This document shows, piece after piece, positions 61,991-64,000 of a stretch of DNA of 64,000 nt; the stretch's first letter is position 1, and each line of letters starts with the position of its first letter. Source of the DNA: Raillietiella orientalis (taxonomy: Eukaryota); contig JAYWIR010000010.1 in the NCBI GenBank assembly GCA_036172245.1, forward strand, positions 372,001 through 436,000. Reading direction: 5' to 3'. The translations under genes and the position numbers were made by a program. Under the pieces are notes generated by a model. The model did no database searches. It saw nothing but the letters and a program-made list of their open reading frames with translations, and had not been told where the DNA came from.

Positions 61991-64000
61991 GGCCACAGGT
62001 GGTCATCCGGAGCTCGGAGGTTGACCTTGGTCCCTTGCGAACCTTGGGCTTGCCATAGTTCGCTGATCCCACGTGTCGTCCGCCCTTGCATGTCGGAGTT
62101 TCTACCGGAGCACTCGGCAGCGGCGTTCACACCAGTGGAAGATTACTCACAGCTGCCACCGACGGTCACATTCTTCCTCCTCTGCAGCCCATCTTTCCGG
62201 CGGGCGGAGTGAAATCATCATGGCCAACTCTTCGCTCCAAAGTTCCTCCCCCACTCTTCAGGGCGGTTTCAGAATGTGTGGCGCTTCTGGTAGTGGCTAG
62301 GCGGGGTCCAGGTTTCTCTCTATCTGCTCTGGTGCTCCGGACAGGGATGACCTCAGGTTGCCAACCCCGTTGAGCCTTCTCGTGTAGCCTAGGTGGAACA
62401 TGTACGGCCAATGTTTCCAGACTTTGACATGCCTGATGATTTGCCGCAGATCCTGGTTTGGGGCAGAGCATGTGATGTCACACATGTGCACAGGAAGGGC
62501 GCACAAGCACACGCACGATGCCTGCGCGTGCTTCCGGTCGCTGCAGACACACGAACTTCATTTTCACCTCGCTTTTTTCCCCGTTCCACAGCAGCCCGTG
62601 ACTCAGAAGCGTCCCGTCCCACGTCCGGCTCTGGGGAGGAGCGCGTCCAGGCGTCCAGGAGGCGCTCTCCCGGTGTTTCGGGAAGAAGGGGGTGGGTGGG
62701 ATCGCACCGTTGGCCGCCATGCCGCTCGCGCTGACGTCACGCCGCGAAGCCAGGCTCGGGCCTGCGGGCATCTCCGTCGCCGTCGCGCACCCCGGGGAGT
62801 CGCCAGGGCAGCTCCTCCCGCCTCCGGGACCTCCCTCGCTCCCCGAGGAGGAGGAGGAGGACGCTCCCTCCCGGTGGTCGGCCGCGCCGCTTTCCGAGAC
62901 GCCCGGCCACGGATGCGGACGGGCACGCGCGCGATCAGCATGGCCGCCAACAATGCAACCCAAACATACCAAATCTAAAAATAGCTGAACAAAGGAAGCG
63001 CGCGGCGGTCGACTGGAAAGCGTCCCGCCTGGCGTCCGGCCGCGCGGCGAAACTCAGCCGCCGAGGAGGGCCGCTCTCGCTCACTCCGTGCTCGCTTGCA
63101 CTTGTGATTACTTCATTCTTCTCCAGAAGAAAGGAGAAAAAGTAAGGAATTAACCTTTGAAATCCATTCTTCCTGCCGAGGTATCCCTCATTTTCACCAC
63201 TGTCTTGTATTTTGTTTTTGCCTCTCCCCCCCCCCTCCCCCTTCTTCCCGTTGTCACCATCGATCTTTATGATTTACGGTCTCAGCTGTGATTTGGGGAC
63301 GTCTCTGTGCAAAGGTAAATATCCGTGTGGACGAAGAGGTTTGCAGATGCAGCTTCTGCCATGACTACCCGCGTGGAGGAACCCGTCACGCAGTCCGTGT
63401 TCCCCCATGACACTTGTTCTCCTTGTTAAGAGGTTGTGTTCTTTGGGGGTGTCGTCCGTCGAGGCTTATCGCATACGTGTTTGCGTCTCCGTATTCAGTG
63501 TATCCGTATTGCAGATGGCTGCTCCCTGAGGTGTCCCGCCGCCAGGGCGTCTCCACGCGCGTGCGCGCCGGCAGGAGGAACGAGGAAGCTGTGCTTCCCC
63601 GGCTCTTCAAGAGAGGGCGCGCGCGACTCCTATCGATCGAAGTTGCGCGCACTTCGGCCGAATTGATTCTTGGTATTCGGAATAGGTGTCGGCTGGACGT
63701 TCCTTTGCCTTCTGCTGGACCGTTTCGGCTCTTATTTGCGGAATTCGACATGACTTGGCGAAGGGAGCGAAGGCGAGGAGAGGTGGAGGTGCGAAGGAGG
63801 ACTTCCAGAGGAATTGCGGATTCTTGCCGTGGTGCCAGAAGGGCTTACGTGACAACCCACAAGTGGAATTCCATGTCCGACGAACGGTGGCAACCAATGA
63901 GCTGCATTCTACCCTCTGCCCCAATATCAACAGAGAGGTCCTCCCTTCTGCTTATCTTTTCATTGTTGCTTATCGAGAATCCACACGATACTCAATTGTT

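Noticed and set aside
59266..62369. Possible hAT TIR pair (cggggtcggca at ~59267; tgccaaccccg at ~62359)
   Set aside because: Only ~11 bp with a mismatch and no 8-bp TSD verified; insufficient to define element ends.

Overview
Metazoan genomic DNA, probably invertebrate/arthropod-like: spliceosomal introns, microsatellites, and abundant CpG outside the first ~2 kb. It is not prokaryotic; no CRISPR, rRNA or operon is visible. One intact-looking protein-coding gene was found, on the minus strand (~19.0-24.4 kb, first exon possibly at ~27.06 kb). It encodes a transmembrane segment plus a single synaptotagmin-15-like C2A domain and stops exactly where that domain ends. Much of the remainder is very old, frameshifted transposon debris, recognisable only from colinear protein motifs: many LINE APE/RT fragments, an RLE-type retroposon 3' end, a Penelope-like RT, a Tc1 transposase and a near full-length hAT transposase. 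Also present are three copies of a tRNA(His)-derived SINE, a fibrinogen-domain pseudogene fragment and a degenerate hammerhead-like motif. Most long ORFs in the track are artefacts of high GC content. All family assignments come from motif recognition by eye, not database searches. I found no clearly new multi-gene system; the best leads are the single-C2 synaptotagmin and the sharp CpG/GC boundary near 2 kb.
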